From Camelus dromedarius (Eukaryota), in NCBI RefSeq assembly GCF_036321535.1, contig NC_087437.1:45882001-45946000 (forward strand): 64,000 bases of DNA. The letters are read 5' to 3'. How positions within the stretch are numbered: the stretch's first letter is position 1; each line of letters starts with the position of its first letter. Below the pieces are notes generated by a model. That model ran no database searches and was not told the DNA's origin. It was given only the letters and a program-made list of their open reading frames with translations. Shown here piece after piece: positions 40,212 to 54,370 of the stretch. Both the position numbers and the translations under genes were made by a program.

Positions 40212-40555
40212 AATTTAATCATGCTTCCCTCTCCCTGCAGTGGAGTTACTCATCCCCACCCCAACAACTTGGGCCCTGGCTGTGTGACATGCTTTGGCAC
40301 ATAGCAGACAGAAATTGAGTAGATGAGCCATCCAGTCACAGCTTTCAGAGGGATGACAAGCATCTGTCAGTTCCCTTACTCTTTCCTTCCGCCACAAGAA
40401 TGAGCATGTCTCACATGGGGTCTGCTCCAAAAGCCTCCAATCCCAAATGAGAAGACACAGAAGAGAGGCACAGCCAACCCACATCTATGTGTAAAATATA
40501 TGAAAAATAAGTCTTTGTAAAGTAGTGAAATTATCTGTAGTCATAAAGAAAACTA
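40212..40555 (+). mobile_element. Older MaLR LTR (MLT1I/J-like)
   Basis: 'ggctgtgtgacatgctttggc', 'ttccgccacaagaatgagcatgtc', 'gaaaaataagtctttg'. Confidence 0.6.
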
Positions 40556-41094
40556 CTATACTTTACAGCGGTATTTGGACTGCATATATCCCTATGGGAT
40601 GTAACCTAGGGACAAAAAAGAATCATGAAGAAAGTTTAAACTGCTTTCTGTAGTCTTATTATAGTAATATCATTAGCATTATTAATGTGAACTTTTTATA
40701 TAAATTTAGACGAAGCAAACAAGAAATTATGTTATATCCATTACAGTAAAAAATTTCAGGAAGAAAAAAAGTACAAATAGAGAAGCAGTAAAAACCTTTC
40801 GTCGTCTCCTCATGGTCCAGTGCTGTCCTCCCCGGGCCGACCACCTGAAGGACCTCAGCAGTGCACCAGGAGTGTATGTGAAAGGGCCATGGGTCACCTC
40901 ATCCCAGAGAACAATTTTTCTTGGTGGTAAATAACTTTGATCATTTTACTTTTATAAAAACCTCCTATCTGATGGAACTGAATGCAGAAACGTAAAATTA
41001 ATGTTTGTAATATAATGATGTCTTTTCAGTAAAATTCACACAATACAAATCAAACTTTAAAATTCTAAAGTAATCTTAAATTTGAACTGAAATA

Positions 41095-42110
41095 TAAGCA
41101 GGAATTTGCGATTTATTTCTCTTACTAAAAATACACATCTCCTTGTTCTGAAGAGGCCTAGCAGCAGTTAATGACAACCTAGCAGTAAAAAGCGCACCAT
41201 GCTTTGATTGTAGTCTCTAAATAAACACTTCCCGCTAAAATAGGAGCCAGTACGCTTTGAAGGGATGGCCAATTTCAGGGCTGAAGCAGGAAACCTGGAA
41301 CATCTTGCTGCCCAGGAAAGCACGGAAATAACAGAAAATCACTTGAGTCATGTCAAAAGGAGATAGGAACTGCAATACACTAAACACCTAGAAAACAGTC
41401 CTTAATCCATGAGATTATAAAAGTTAATTTTCACATCACTGGTCACCTTGAGAGGTTACTAGGGTATCACCAACTCATTAGTCTAAAAGTTGATAACTGT
41501 AACAACTCAGGCACATCCCTACTTTTGCTCTGCAAATTCTATTTCAGAATATTCCAATACCTGATTAGGAACAGTCCTTCTTTACACAATTCCAGCTAAC
41601 GAATGCAAAAACAATGATATAATTTAGAAAATAACCATTTTTCTCTCCCTAAGAAAATAATGAATCTAGGTAACAATCATTAATGAGTGCTAAGCCCACT
41701 AGGGGAAAAGCTGATGTGGAATTTTATAACCAACAGGGAATTAGGCTAACTGCAACTGAACCCACTAGTCAGTTTCAACACCACTGGAAGTGAGACAACC
41801 AGATGGCTGATGCCTCATAGTGTGATGTAAAAGGAAAAAGAAAGCTACACGATCAAAGAATTAAAAGTGAATTTAACCAAGCCTCCTAAACTACCGCTTT
41901 ATAGGAATTACAAGAAGACAGTGGAATGTGTTAGTAGTACCACAAGGACGTGATTAGCCAAATCCAGATGTAGGAAATTTGATGGGACAAATAAATCAAT
42001 TACTTCTACCAATAAGTAGAAGAGACTTAAATTGAGCAACCAAAAGTAGCGTGTAGACGTTATTTGGATTCTGTTTAAAACCTACCATCTGAAAACGTCA
42101 TCTGGGAGAC
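41095..42110 (+). mobile_element. Old L1 (L1MC/ME) 3' region fragment
   Basis: 'acacatctccttgttctgaagaggcctagcagc', 'agccaaatccagatgtaggaaatt', 'gacgttatttggattctg'. Confidence 0.55.
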
Positions 42111-44288
42111 AAAAGAAAGCTTTTAATTCCCTTTACCTCTTCCAGTTTCTCATAAGGTTTCTATCTTTTCTAGACCACTGTAACTCATGAAGCCTGACTT
42201 TCTTCCATGTCAGTGAACAGGAAGGGCAGGGGATGCTGTACGGACGAGGGCAGTGAGTACAGAGACAAGACAATGGCTGTTATGTCACATTCCACACGTA
42301 TCCCAGTTCTCTGATCCTTATGTTGTCTGAAGATTAAGATCCTGATTGGAACATGAAATTGGGGCTTGACTCTGCTTTCTCTGGAAAGTAAGCAACTCGA
42401 GAGACGATGACTCGGTATAAATTCATCTAGACGTATTTCAAGGGTTTTCATCAGATTTACTATCAAACTGCTGATCAATTTACTGTTTCTCAAGTACAGG
42501 TATTACAATAGTTTCTTCCTTCACCATGAGGCAAAGGCATGCTTGGTGCTCAATAAGTAGTTCTGAACAAACGAAACCCTGAGGCACAACTGTGAGAGAG
42601 TGAGAGTGCTTTTCTCCTCATTACTCTCAACCCCATCTCTTTCTTGGAGCAGAAAGAAAGGCATTTCGGGAAAAGAGAATACTGTCTACACCCACAGACA
42701 CCAACTTCAGAATCAGTTTGATTTACCCCTAGAATATTAATATTAAGGAAATGTTAGTAAGCTTTCTTAGTGAAATAGTGAAACTCTTTGATTACTACTT
42801 GGTAATCAGGTATTTAATTTTTGTTTTTATCTCAATTACATAACTAAAAAGTGTCTTTGGAGGCAGAATTTTCCTACACAATTCTCTGAGCCAATAAAAG
42901 GAAAAAGAAATATTCTTTCAAAAAAGTATCAAGTTCTGTTTGGACCACTGATCTCAAGAACACCCAATCTCAGTTAAAATACCTATAGGTACAATGAGTT
43001 ATTGTTATAATTAAAGTGTTATATATAAAATGTATTATAATTAATACATATTAAGTTAGAAACAACAAGCATTTGAACCAAGTTATATATATTTTTAAGA
43101 CTAAAATTGTTCCCACAAATCATACCTATTTTCACTCTACTGCAAGGCTTCTCAGCATTTTACAGGTATTCTACTGACCTAAAAGCCCAAAGTATAAATT
43201 ATAATAAATGTAATACAAATCAGGAAAAAGTACTGTTTTCTCTGGGCCTGCTGATATAAAATAACCGTTAATTGATATAACTGATAGGATATAAAATATT
43301 AAGAATCATAAGCTTCAAAGTTGAAAGGAACAAGAGATTTCTCCCCTCTCGTTTTAGGTTGCCCAGATCAATGAAAACCTCAAAGGAATTACATGTAAAT
43401 ACACAATCATCTTCTGCTTCGAAATTGGTTAATAAAACTAGAAGGGATGACTATAGCACTAGGTATGCACATTATGCAATACTGAACCCACGAAAACAGT
43501 GACTGCAAAACAGAGATGAGTACAAAGCATCTGCTACTTTCAAAACTACACAGAAATTTGGGTTGGGAGAGGAAGAGCAAGGAGATGAAGCAAAGACAAG
43601 CCTCCATCCCTTCACTCTCTGGTTACTAGATCAGGTGTCTTAGGGTTATGTAACGTAGGAAAGGTTTTCAGTCTGTTCACGGCCAGTAGGTAAGAGTCTG
43701 GAATTATTTCCCTTTCAACTGTTCTGTATCTAAGAAGCACATTGTGCTGAAACTCAAGACTTCCAGAACTAAAAGAATGTTCCTGCTCTTCCATTATGTA
43801 ATGGAAATAGGTTCACCTCTTTTTTCTGTCCCTCCTTAAATTAGTGGTAAAGGAAGCTTTCAGGAAAATATTAACAATAACAACAAAAAAGATAGTTAGA
43901 AGTAACAGCAGCAAATGAAAGCACTCATTTCAAAATTAATTTCTTATTTCCACAGACCACTACTCTGAAGAAACAATACTGGAACATACAATGTGTGGGA
44001 TAGGTGAGATTTTTCAAACACTGTGGTGACTCTATTAACAAATATTCTAAGAATGACAGCTTATTCACATTCATTAAAAAATGCAAGTTACCTGAGAGCA
44101 GACACTTAATCTTTATAATTCACTACTATTATGCCAGAAATGTAGTCCTATTCATAAAGGTACTCAATTATTATTTGTTGAAAAAAACGAATAAAGCTCC
44201 TTTCTTTATAAACTAGTCAGTAGTATATTAAAAAAACCAAAAACTCATCTTCAATGATGATTAAAATTCAATGTTCCTCTCATCTACT

Positions 44289-44390
44289 TTTCTTTTCTTT
44301 TCTTTTCTTTTAATGGAGGTACTAGGGGTTGAATCCAGGACCTCATGCATGCTAAGCATGTGCTCTATCACTGAGCTATATACCCTCTCC
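44289..44390 (-). mobile_element. tRNA-Ala(AGC)-derived SINE (camelid Vic-1-like) with (GAAAA)n tail
   Basis: Minus strand GGAGAGGGTATATAGCTCAGTGATAGAGCACATGCTTAGCATGCATGAGGTCCTGGATTCAACCCCTAGTACCTCCATT followed by an A-rich tail. Pol III A/B boxes present. TSD tcatctact (44280-44288) / tcatccact (44391-44399). Confidence 0.85.
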
Positions 44391-45299
44391 TCATCCACTC
44401 CTATCCTGATCTCTATTACCCTCTGAATTACAAATACAATAACTTTTATTGCCATTTATCTTTTTGGGTGGGGGGACACTGAAGAAAGAAAAATTCCCAA
44501 ATTCCAATTTCCAGCCCACCAGTGACGCCTGCTTAGTGTGGTATATCAAAATCACCTGTGGAAACTTCTTCAAAGTAATGTCATAAACTGTGAGAACCCT
44601 GAAAAGTCCTAAGTTTAAGCAAGTCAGAGGTATAGACCAAGCATGTCTATTTTATCAAGTTCCTCAGATCATACCAACCATGGCTTACATCACCGTACAT
44701 CAAAAATTTCTCATCTTTAAATCCTGTAACTGTGAAACAAAACAAAACACATGTACACCTTCTTTTCTATTGTAAACTCCTTATATCTTTGCTCTATTCA
44801 GTTCCTAACTAAACAGGCTGTCATGATCATGTCAAGTTGCTCATGCTTCTCAGCATCCTCCATCCAACATCATCCTCCATCCAACATCATTCTCCTGAAC
44901 TGTATCTGTTCTCCCTCCATTTTCATGCAAGTCTGATAAGACCTTTCAACAACAAACACTATGATTTTGACATTTAACTCAAGTCGTCTTGACAATTCCC
45001 ATTCCAACACTGTAACTTATATGAATACCAAACCGTGAAACCATGTTGGTGACTAAACTCATTTTGCCCCTCTGAGCCATTTGGCAATCATTTTATTACA
45101 TTTTTAACTTAGCTAATCAAATTTGGCATCATGGCTTTTCTAAAAATTTAACTTCTCTTGAAGGACCCTATCTCACCAAAAGCCCCTCAATCTCAGGTGA
45201 CTTCACTCCTTTGGTAAAAGTTAACACCCTTGATTTTTTTACTCATTTAAAAAAATCTTTATCTTTATTCATCCTATTATTTTGTGTTGACTCTCTGAA

Positions 45300-46500
45300 G
45301 AAGTAGCAGAAAAAGATACAAAAGAGAAAAAATTGTCTCTACCATAGAATCTGTTCGGTCTATTAGATATACTATCATGTTATTAGTAAAATCATTAGCT
45401 CTTTATATAGAAATTTAATACAGTGACCAACAAAAGCAGCTGTTCTCTGCTCCAGTAATAAGCACCTATAAATACAGATGGAAAAATTAGAGCAAAAAAA
45501 CTATTAAATATTTACAAAAGAAATTAACAAAAAAGGCACAGAATTTGTGACTAAACATAATATTCTATTGAAAAATACAAAGATCTGAGCAAAGGAAAGG
45601 CTGGATGATTGTGCAAACTTGTGCTGACACAAGTGACTATTCACCCACTAGTGGAAATATAAGTAGGTCCACATGTTTTACTGTAGACAAAAATAAATTC
45701 CAAAATATTTAACACTTAAATATTTTAAGCACATAAATGTGTATGTATGTTTGTGTGTATGTATGTGTGTACATGTACATATATACTTCACATACACATC
45801 TTAACAAAACATTGAAGCTACACATCCAGTCCTGAGACCAGGAAAAAATCTTTTAAACCAAGACTGGAAACAAAAACTGTGTAAGATAGTTATATCTGAG
45901 TACATAAGGATGCACTACTTATCAAGGAAATACATATCAAAGTAACAAGGAGTAAAATTACAGTCATTAAAACTGGTAAAAATTTAAAAGATCTAGAATG
46001 TCTAATTATGGCAGGAATATGGGGAAAAGTTATTCCCATATAATGTAAGTGGAAATGTGAAGAATTTTTTTTGGGAAACAACCTGGTAACTTTTAATGAA
46101 AGTAAAAATATTAGACTGGGACATAAGAATTTGACCTTTTTGTTGGGGGGGTGTTTTAAAATGGTCACACAGTTACAATGTCATGTAGTTCAACTCATAC
46201 AAATACTCTACAACCTAGAGAAATAAAAGCACAAGTTCCTAAGGATGTTTAAGAAAACTGTTTTTTAGCGACACAAAAAGGGGGGAAAAAAAGAAATAAA
46301 GTGAATGCCATTAAAAGGAGAGTACCAAAACAAGATTGTAGTACATTCATAATTGAATTACAGAGTCATTAAAAGCAATGAACTGATGGGGGAGGAAGCA
46401 AAGGAAAGGGTACACTACAAAAAGTGTAATCATATTCATGCATTTAAGCAAAAGAATATGTGTATGTGTATAAAGAAGAAAAAAATTGTTAAAATTTTGC
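45300..46500 (+). mobile_element. Highly degenerate L1 (L1ME-like) ORF2/3' fragments
   Basis: A-rich. 'caaaaataaattccaaaatatt', 'acctagagaaataaaagcacaagt', 'gtagtacattcataattgaatta...ttaaaagcaatgaact'. Confidence 0.5.
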
Positions 46501-46559
46501 TTTTGATTTTTATGGACTCCAAATAACTGTTACTAATCACCTCCAAATTCAACAATTCT

Positions 46560-47500
46560 TCACACTCCTTCATTACCCTTCATTACTTCATACCACTTGC
46601 CATTGCTAGCATTTGAGAAAAGTGAAAGTAAGTCTTTAAAACTTCCAACACTTGACTTCCTGACTCTATCTACTATCTTCTCCTATCTCTTTTACTAATA
46701 TTGCTTCCTGCCCTAAGAATTTGACTTTTGAGCCTTCTGATCTTCATGCTAGTCCTCCAACCAAGGATCTCACCCACACTGAAGAATACCATCTCTCCCA
46801 TTACATGCAGCTGTGTAACACACCCCTCATCCTTCCCACGCCAGACATTCCAGTGCCAGCTGACTGATGTGCAAATCTCTATGTCCCGTTGGGCACCATC
46901 CCTCAGCACTGTCCAAGGCAAGTTATGCCCTATGCTTCCAAATGTTGTTCTTCTCTTGCCCAGAACTATCACCAATTCTACCACTCACAACAGTTTATTA
47001 TCATGTTTGACTTAACTTCCGATCTCAGCTTTTACCTAAAATCTTTTAAATTCTATCTTCTATTAGCTATACAATACGATTTTCAGCCATGCCTTCCTTT
47101 TTGCAATATCTATTATCTGTATTACTACAACAGCCTCCTTGTCTCCCAGGTCTCTTCAAATTATCTTCGGATACCCAGGCATAAAATACAACCCTGACTA
47201 TGCCATACATACTCATCACTACCTGTTAGCTTCCACAGTCCCTCTAAACTGTTTAGCTAGGGATTTAAGCTCTCCTTCTCTATTCTATGGTATCAAAGTA
47301 TTCATCTAACTGTACAGCATCTTCCTTGAATCTACTCTCCCTCAGGTGAATATATTTGGATCATTCTAACATCTCCAAATTCTCACATTCCTGCTTTTTA
47401 GTTCTTTGTTTCAACAAGTGTTGAAATTCTTCTACCTTTTTCAAATGTCATCTCCTTATGAAGCCTATTTAAATACCAAAGTTGATGCTTTCTCCTGTCC
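46560..47500 (+). mobile_element. L2 LINE fragments
   Basis: Pyrimidine-rich L2-like text: 'attactacaacagcctccttgtctccc', 'tcaaatgtcatctccttatgaagcct'. Confidence 0.5.
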
Positions 47501-49234
47501 TCCTGTACCCCAAAATATAGCGGGTTTTTTAAAAACTCTTTCCAAAACTAAGCAATAGTAAAAAGATCATTAGATTAGATATTAGAGTGTTGACATTTTC
47601 TTTCAAATGCTACTCTTTTTAACAGTAAGACATTAAATGAAATCATTTAACTTCCCTGCACCCCAGTTTCTCATTCTAAAAAACAGAAGTAAAATCTAAT
47701 CAACAAACTTCACAGATAGATAGGAAAGCATGGAAAACCAATTTATATTTTAAGTAGTAACACTTAAAATTTATTTCATCACCTTTTATTGAGCATATTT
47801 GTTTTTTTCCAAACACTACCTAATTATAAGCACTTAAAAAGCAGCCTGTACTTCATATCTGAGTGCCCAATACGTACCAGCTATTCAAATATATACATAT
47901 TTATAACCTTCTTAAGTCATAAAATACAGTTCTCATGCATAAGAAACATAATCAAAGTACAATTTATATAGTATCCCTTGGTCAAATGAAACATCTATAA
48001 CCTGTTTCCCCACAGATATCTTTTCAAGAAAACTACTGTCAGGTAATATTTCTATATCTCTGACTTAGTTCACCTGAAACACAATTAGTTAACTGGCAGG
48101 TGAGTAGGGACCCTATAAAATGGATGATAAACTGCTAAACAGCCAAAGAATTTCAAACACACACACACAAACACACACATATATAATATATACATAAGTG
48201 ATGTAAGCTGTGACTGTGATGGTGGTCTCCTGTCAAATCCAATAAATTTATTCACCATTCACAGTTGAGCATTAGTGCTTCAGTTTACCCTAAAATTCTA
48301 AAAATGGCATCATGATTATTTCAGTGACATGAAACAACAGATTTTTTAAAAATATACAGGAGAAGCACGTTAATTTTCTTTGCTGAAAGATTTTTTCCTC
48401 TTTTACAAAAAGCAAAATTAATGATGAACAATGTTTATAAAAAATTTTTTTAGTGGAAATGACACTAGTCCTACAGAAACCTGTAAATCATGAATTTACT
48501 AAAAGAACTTGAAAGTCCTTGAGTCACCCTTGGAAACCACAAAAGCCTATATCTTGTCAAACCAGAAAACAAGATAGCTACCTAAAACTACTAAGGTTTT
48601 ATCTAAAAGACATAGGAATCAACTTTAAGACGTTCTCACTAGCCAAAAATGGGACAATTTGAGCATCGATGCAAAAAATAACTCAATAATCTAAAGCACA
48701 AATGTGTTTAAATCCATGGGTGCACAGGATAAGGCATTTTATTGCAATCATGTCATACTGCTGGCTAATATTTCTTGGCATTTTGTTATTTCACAAAAAA
48801 ATTGCTCTCATATCTGGTATCACATCTGCTCTTAGATCTCATTCAACACTCTTATACATATCTAGTTGTAATTCACTTTTAAAATCTACATTTAAGATGC
48901 CATAAATCATCCCTGTTATGAATTTTAATCTTTTGTTGCTATAGTGCCTGGTAAGGTGACAGTGATTACTGATAAGAAACCTGTTACTAAGATTTTAACT
49001 CTTAAAAATAATGGTCAAATGCCAAGAAGTAGCAGCAACAAAATTAAAAAAGTCTCAAGTTATTGGGCTATATTATGGATTAAAACAGGTATGGGTTAAA
49101 AAGGAAAATGAGTATTAGGAGTGATGAACAGCAGCTGATGGGAGTAGCAAACCACTTTCTGTGTTCATCTAAAAAAGAAAAAAGAAAAAAAAAAGCTCAC
49201 CCTGTATGTGATGTTGCCGAGTTCCATAACAAAC

Positions 49235-49385
49235 ATCAGGCAGCAGGATGTACTAGAAAGAGTCCTGGACTGAGTCAGGAGACCTCTGTTCTAGCCCAAG
49301 GCCTTAGTTTCCTCATCTGTAAAATGAGGGTGCTGAATTAGATAATCTCAAAGGGCTCCTCTAGCTTCAACATTGAGGGATTCTA
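49235..49385 (+). mobile_element. MIR SINE
   Basis: 'ctggactgagtcaggagacctctgttctagccc...ccttagtttcctcatctgtaaaatgaggg'. Confidence 0.8.
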
Positions 49386-52300
49386 AACATGAATTTAGGA
49401 AGAAGCAATAAAATGTAGGATTTTTTTTAACAGTGCAGCTTAACTGTTAACACTGCAAACAGCAGGTGGAACAGGGATGAAAACAATTTTCACAAATTCT
49501 GAACTGCAAAAAGCAATTACTTTACAACTTCTGACTACTAGGAAGGTTTTTATGATATACCAGCCTTAGTAAGCAGCATTATTATCTAAACTAGACTGGT
49601 AAGGAGTGACCAAATTATGACCTAAAAGAACCTATTCACCTTTGTTTGGCCAGCCAGCCAGCCCAAATAAATCTAGAAAATAGTACAGGAAAAACTTTAG
49701 GCTAGTAATTACTTCAGTTGATAAAGTGCCTCATAACTGTTCCCGATTAACTAACTGAATAAAGAGGAAAATGATAAGAAAAATGATTAAACAATTATTT
49801 CATGTTAATATGCAATAAAACAATAATTATGCCTGTGATATCCTTCTTTGTTAATGAACATATTTTCCCTATGCATAATACTTTTTTTTCTGGTTAGCTC
49901 TCAAAATAGAACTTGACTTATTCTGACAACAAGGCTAACTGAAATAAATGACTCCCCTACCCCCTTCAGTGACACACAAAAATATAAAAAAGAAGAACAT
50001 CTTTGTGTTCAAGTTTTCTATATTGAAAGAAATCAAGCTTCTATCAGTAACAAATAACAAAAAGGTTCTGATGCCTCAAAAACTGGTGGTTTTCTAACTG
50101 TAATTTCCTAAATATAGGCAAATAATTGTTTGGTCCTAGCTAATCCTCCAGGGTCCAATAAACTGAATTTTACGCTTTAAGTTCATAGATCAGCTGATGT
50201 TACACTTCGTATTAATTTATTTTTTGTTTATGGTGATGCTGTTGTTCTCACCTGGCAGACTTTTAAAAATCTAGGGATATGAGAAACAATAAGCCTACCT
50301 CTACAATCTATCAAAATAAACAAGTCTCTACAAATCTATAAAAGAATCTATCAAAAATCTACCATTTAAAAGGATGTAATCTATATCTTTTTAAGGATGT
50401 AAAGATACAATGAAACGCTCAATGGAAAAAAACTTGTTTTTAAAGTTTATGCAAATTACCTAGCTACTATAAAATAACTTGGCATACACAATTCCGTTAA
50501 TTATTCATTTGAACATTTCACCTTGGCAATATGGTACCTGATATGTTATTTAGAATCACTAATAAAATTTCTCTCTGGTTGGTAAAAACAAAGGCAAAAA
50601 TAAAGCAGTTTTGATGGTAATGAAATTTGTTCTTGTCTATTCTTAAAATGGCTGTGATATCCATGTATCCCTCAGACAGAAAAATCTGTGAAACTAAATT
50701 TTCCTTCACATTAAATGTATTTCCCATTTTAATCTGGGTATTTTGATTTACAATCCTAATGAGCTGATTAAAATAACCTTACACTTTAATGGCAACAACA
50801 GAAATCAGGATGGAAATGCAAAGCATATTTTAGGGCACTATTTTGAGCATGAGCTGTTTTCAGCAATTTTCTCCAACTACCTTACTTCCCTCCTGACTTT
50901 TTCAGAGACACAAATTAACGTTAAGCTCATTTACTAATAAAAATACTATTACTAATGTTAAGATACTGTAAGCAGTATTGTTTTTAGCCAATATCATACA
51001 GATGTAAACCAGCTCCCTCAAAAATTCAGAACTGAATGACTAAACTACTGCATTGGGTAAACTAGTCTTCTCCTTTAGGAAGGCTCTGGTACCAAGATCA
51101 GTAGTTAAAGGAGAATTTAATGTTTAAATAACTATTTGGTATGTCCCCAGAAGCCCACTGGATTGTTCCCCACTAAATTTCTATCTGTAGAACATAAACA
51201 CATTTGTAATTCTTTCTACCACTTATAAAAATTAGTGAACAGCTGATTTTCTCAAAGACCAAAATGCTTCATTTAGATATCAGTAATACAGAAATCTTAC
51301 AATAATACAAATGGCTAGAGCTGCATACCACATAGCAGCACATTTGCTTTGAGAAAGTAATCACAGAAATGGTCATTCTTTTTATTATTGCAATACAACT
51401 AGAAAGGTAAAAAGACAAAAAAAACAAAAGTAAGTCCAAATCTGACTATTTTGGGGTCACCAGAAAATAACAAGTCATTATAGTATCAATTAATTTTATA
51501 TTAATTTTTTACTTTCTAAAATACATTTAATTGCTTATTTTGTTGAAAGTTTTCATTTCAGGATTGGAGAAGAAAAACTGCCAATGAAAAGAAACTGAGA
51601 TGATCAAATTAATTATTAAAAATGTCATTTCATAATTACAATTTATAATTTAATATTTCATTTTTCTCTCATCTTTACCCTTACAACTTATTCTGATATA
51701 CATATATAAAAAATATATACTACACAATTCAGCCTATCAAAATATATTTCCTAAGAGTAAACTGAGGATAAAAAATGAATTAGTAGCTGAGAATGGCTAT
51801 ACTTAATATTTGATATTTTATAAATACATTTTAATACTTTAATAGTACTACACTTGTCTTTCAAAACTATAAAACTACAAAATTCTGAAATTATCATTTG
51901 CCTTTTAATCTATTAAACTCATTAACATGTCATTACCATATTCCTAAAATACAGATTATTTTTAAAAACAAATGCTAATCATTCAATCTCGGTAACATTT
52001 TAGCATAAAAATCCTCTTTTGAAAGAGGAATGCAACACACTAAAAAATGTGTCCTAAACCATATTTCATAAATGACAACTGGTCGATTAAAAGAATGGAA
52101 AGAGAATCTAATAATTTTCTCTAGTAGCATTTTCAAAACTTGTTCAAAATAAGCAACCCCAGGGGTTCCATCTCTCACTAATCATACTTGACTCTGAGCA
52201 TGCCCTAATTATGTATCCACTCCCTCAGAATTTATGTAGTATAAATCATCTTAGTGAGGCTTTGCTATATCACTTTGAAGTAATCTAATCTTTTTGGTCT

Positions 52301-52499
52301 TCCCACTTTTATTGCTTATTTGTATTTCTGTATCTTTCTGCATCCTAAACAGTTCAGAGCTCAGTGGCACAGGGAGAAAAACATCACTGATAAACCCTTT
52401 AAACTATTTTCAAATTTAAAGAAATATCAATTTTTATGAAAGCCAGTAAAAACAACATATTAACAGCAGGAAACTGGTTTAGAGAAATACTGCTACTAG

Positions 52500-54370
52500 A
52501 ATTTTTTATAATGTTTTATTATAAAAATTTCAAACATTCAGAAAAATTGAAAGAATTTTAAAGAATATTCACATAGCTGCCACCAAGACTTTAAAATTAA
52601 TACTTCTATTTGTTTTACCACATCTATTAATTAACCTTCATTTTTCAAGTTTTCAAAAGAAGTTACAGACATCAGTATACTTCCCCCATATCTACTTCAG
52701 ATTGCCTATCATTAACTATAATATGTGGTTTTTAGTATGTGGTTTTTCTTTTAAAGAAAAAATTTACACAAAATACAAGGAAAACTTACAAGGTGTACCA
52801 TTCAATGAGTTCTGACCGATGCTTATATTCAAGTAACCCAAATCCCTAACAGGACACAGGATGTTACCATCACCCTAGAAAGTTCCCACATGCCCCTTCC
52901 CACTTAATGCCTTTCCCAACACCCACGCACGCATCCATTTCTAAACCCTGTCAATTACTTTTCCCCTCAACAGTAACTAGTTCTTCCTCCCCCACCGCAA
53001 TACACAATAGATAAAAATGTGCCCCTTTTTAGTAATCTTATTAATGGGATTATACATTTTGTCCTGTTTTATGTAAGGCTACATTCACTCAGCATAATGT
53101 TTCAGGTATTCAAACTGCTTCAGGTACCAATTGCTAGCTCCTTTCTATTGCTCAGTAGTATTTTGTTACACAAATGCAGCACAATTTGTCCATTTATTCT
53201 GAACTGTTTCCAGTTTAGGGTCAGCCCCCACATTTGGCAGAGTTCCTACACAGAGTTTGGTACTCTACTTCTGTGGTTCTTTCCTTTCTGAGATTTCCTC
53301 CCTCTTTCTCCTGCTGGACTTCCTTACTCTATGGCGGCTGTTGGAGTTCTAAACTCTGTCCTCAGATTCCTCAAACCAGTTAAGATTGCGAACAAGCCAA
53401 CAGGAGCCTGCCCTCAGGCAAAACACCAAACACCCAAGGCCATTCCCTTTAAGAAACCACTCCAGTCCAGTTTCTACTTGTTTTTGTTTGCTCTACAGTG
53501 TCCTCATAAGTGTTTTCACGTGCCGTCCAGAAACTATAGTCACTATTTGTGGGAAGATTCACCCAACAGGAGCCACTATTCCATTTTTTGAATCATAACT
53601 GCCACCTATTCTTAAGAACATACATATTCAAGACTGTAATTGACATACCTCCTTTTTCAAGTTTTTTTTTTTCCCCTCAAGAGCTTGACTGAGCCAGTCC
53701 CTTTTAATCAAATGTACCAAATTAAACCAGGAAAAGTAGGCCGCTGGGAGCTGGATCCTATAATGCTGTGTATGAACCAACACAAGTCCCAAGCTGATCC
53801 CAAGATGTGTATGCAGCACACACCCAAACAGGCAAAGGTTCTGAGAACTGAAGATGTGAGTCACTGTCAGGGCCCCACGCTAACCTTGGGGCTGCGCATG
53901 AGCAGACCCAGAGCAGCAGAGCAAAGGCTCTCAACACTGAACTCACAGTGGAACCACTGCCCATGCCACAGAGAGACAGAACTTTCATTCAGAGTCTAAC
54001 CACGCTAACTGCCTGCTTTAACTAAATAAAATAAAAAATTTTTAATTAAAAAAAATCAACATTCTCCTGAGAGGATACAATAAAAAATTACTCAGCATAT
54101 AGAGAATCAAGAAAATCTTGAATAATTCTCAAAGAAAAAGACAATAACAGATGCCAATCTCAACGTAACCCAGATGTGAGAATTATCAAACAAAGATGTT
54201 AAAGCAGCTATTTCATCCATCCTCCATGACGTAAAGGTACACACTTGAAATGACAGGAAAGACAGAAGTTCTCAGAAGTAGAAAGTATAAAAACCTTATG
54301 AATGAAAAATCTAGGGAAAAAATGATTTGACAACAAAGTGTAGACAAAGAAGAGTATATACTGAATAAAT
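52500..54370. mobile_element. Cluster of old L1 fragments: antisense 3' ends (~52500-53215), antisense 5'-type piece (~53215-53600), sense 5'UTR/ORF1-type piece (~53690-54370)
   Basis: 'ttaccatcaccctagaaagttccc', 'cattcactcagcataatgtttt', 'acccagatgtgagaattatcaaacaaagatgttaaagcagctatt'. Confidence 0.6.

Noticed and set aside
44314..44390. tRNA-Ala(AGC) gene
   Set aside because: The acceptor stem and B box are degenerate, and the A-rich tail and TSD indicate a SINE.
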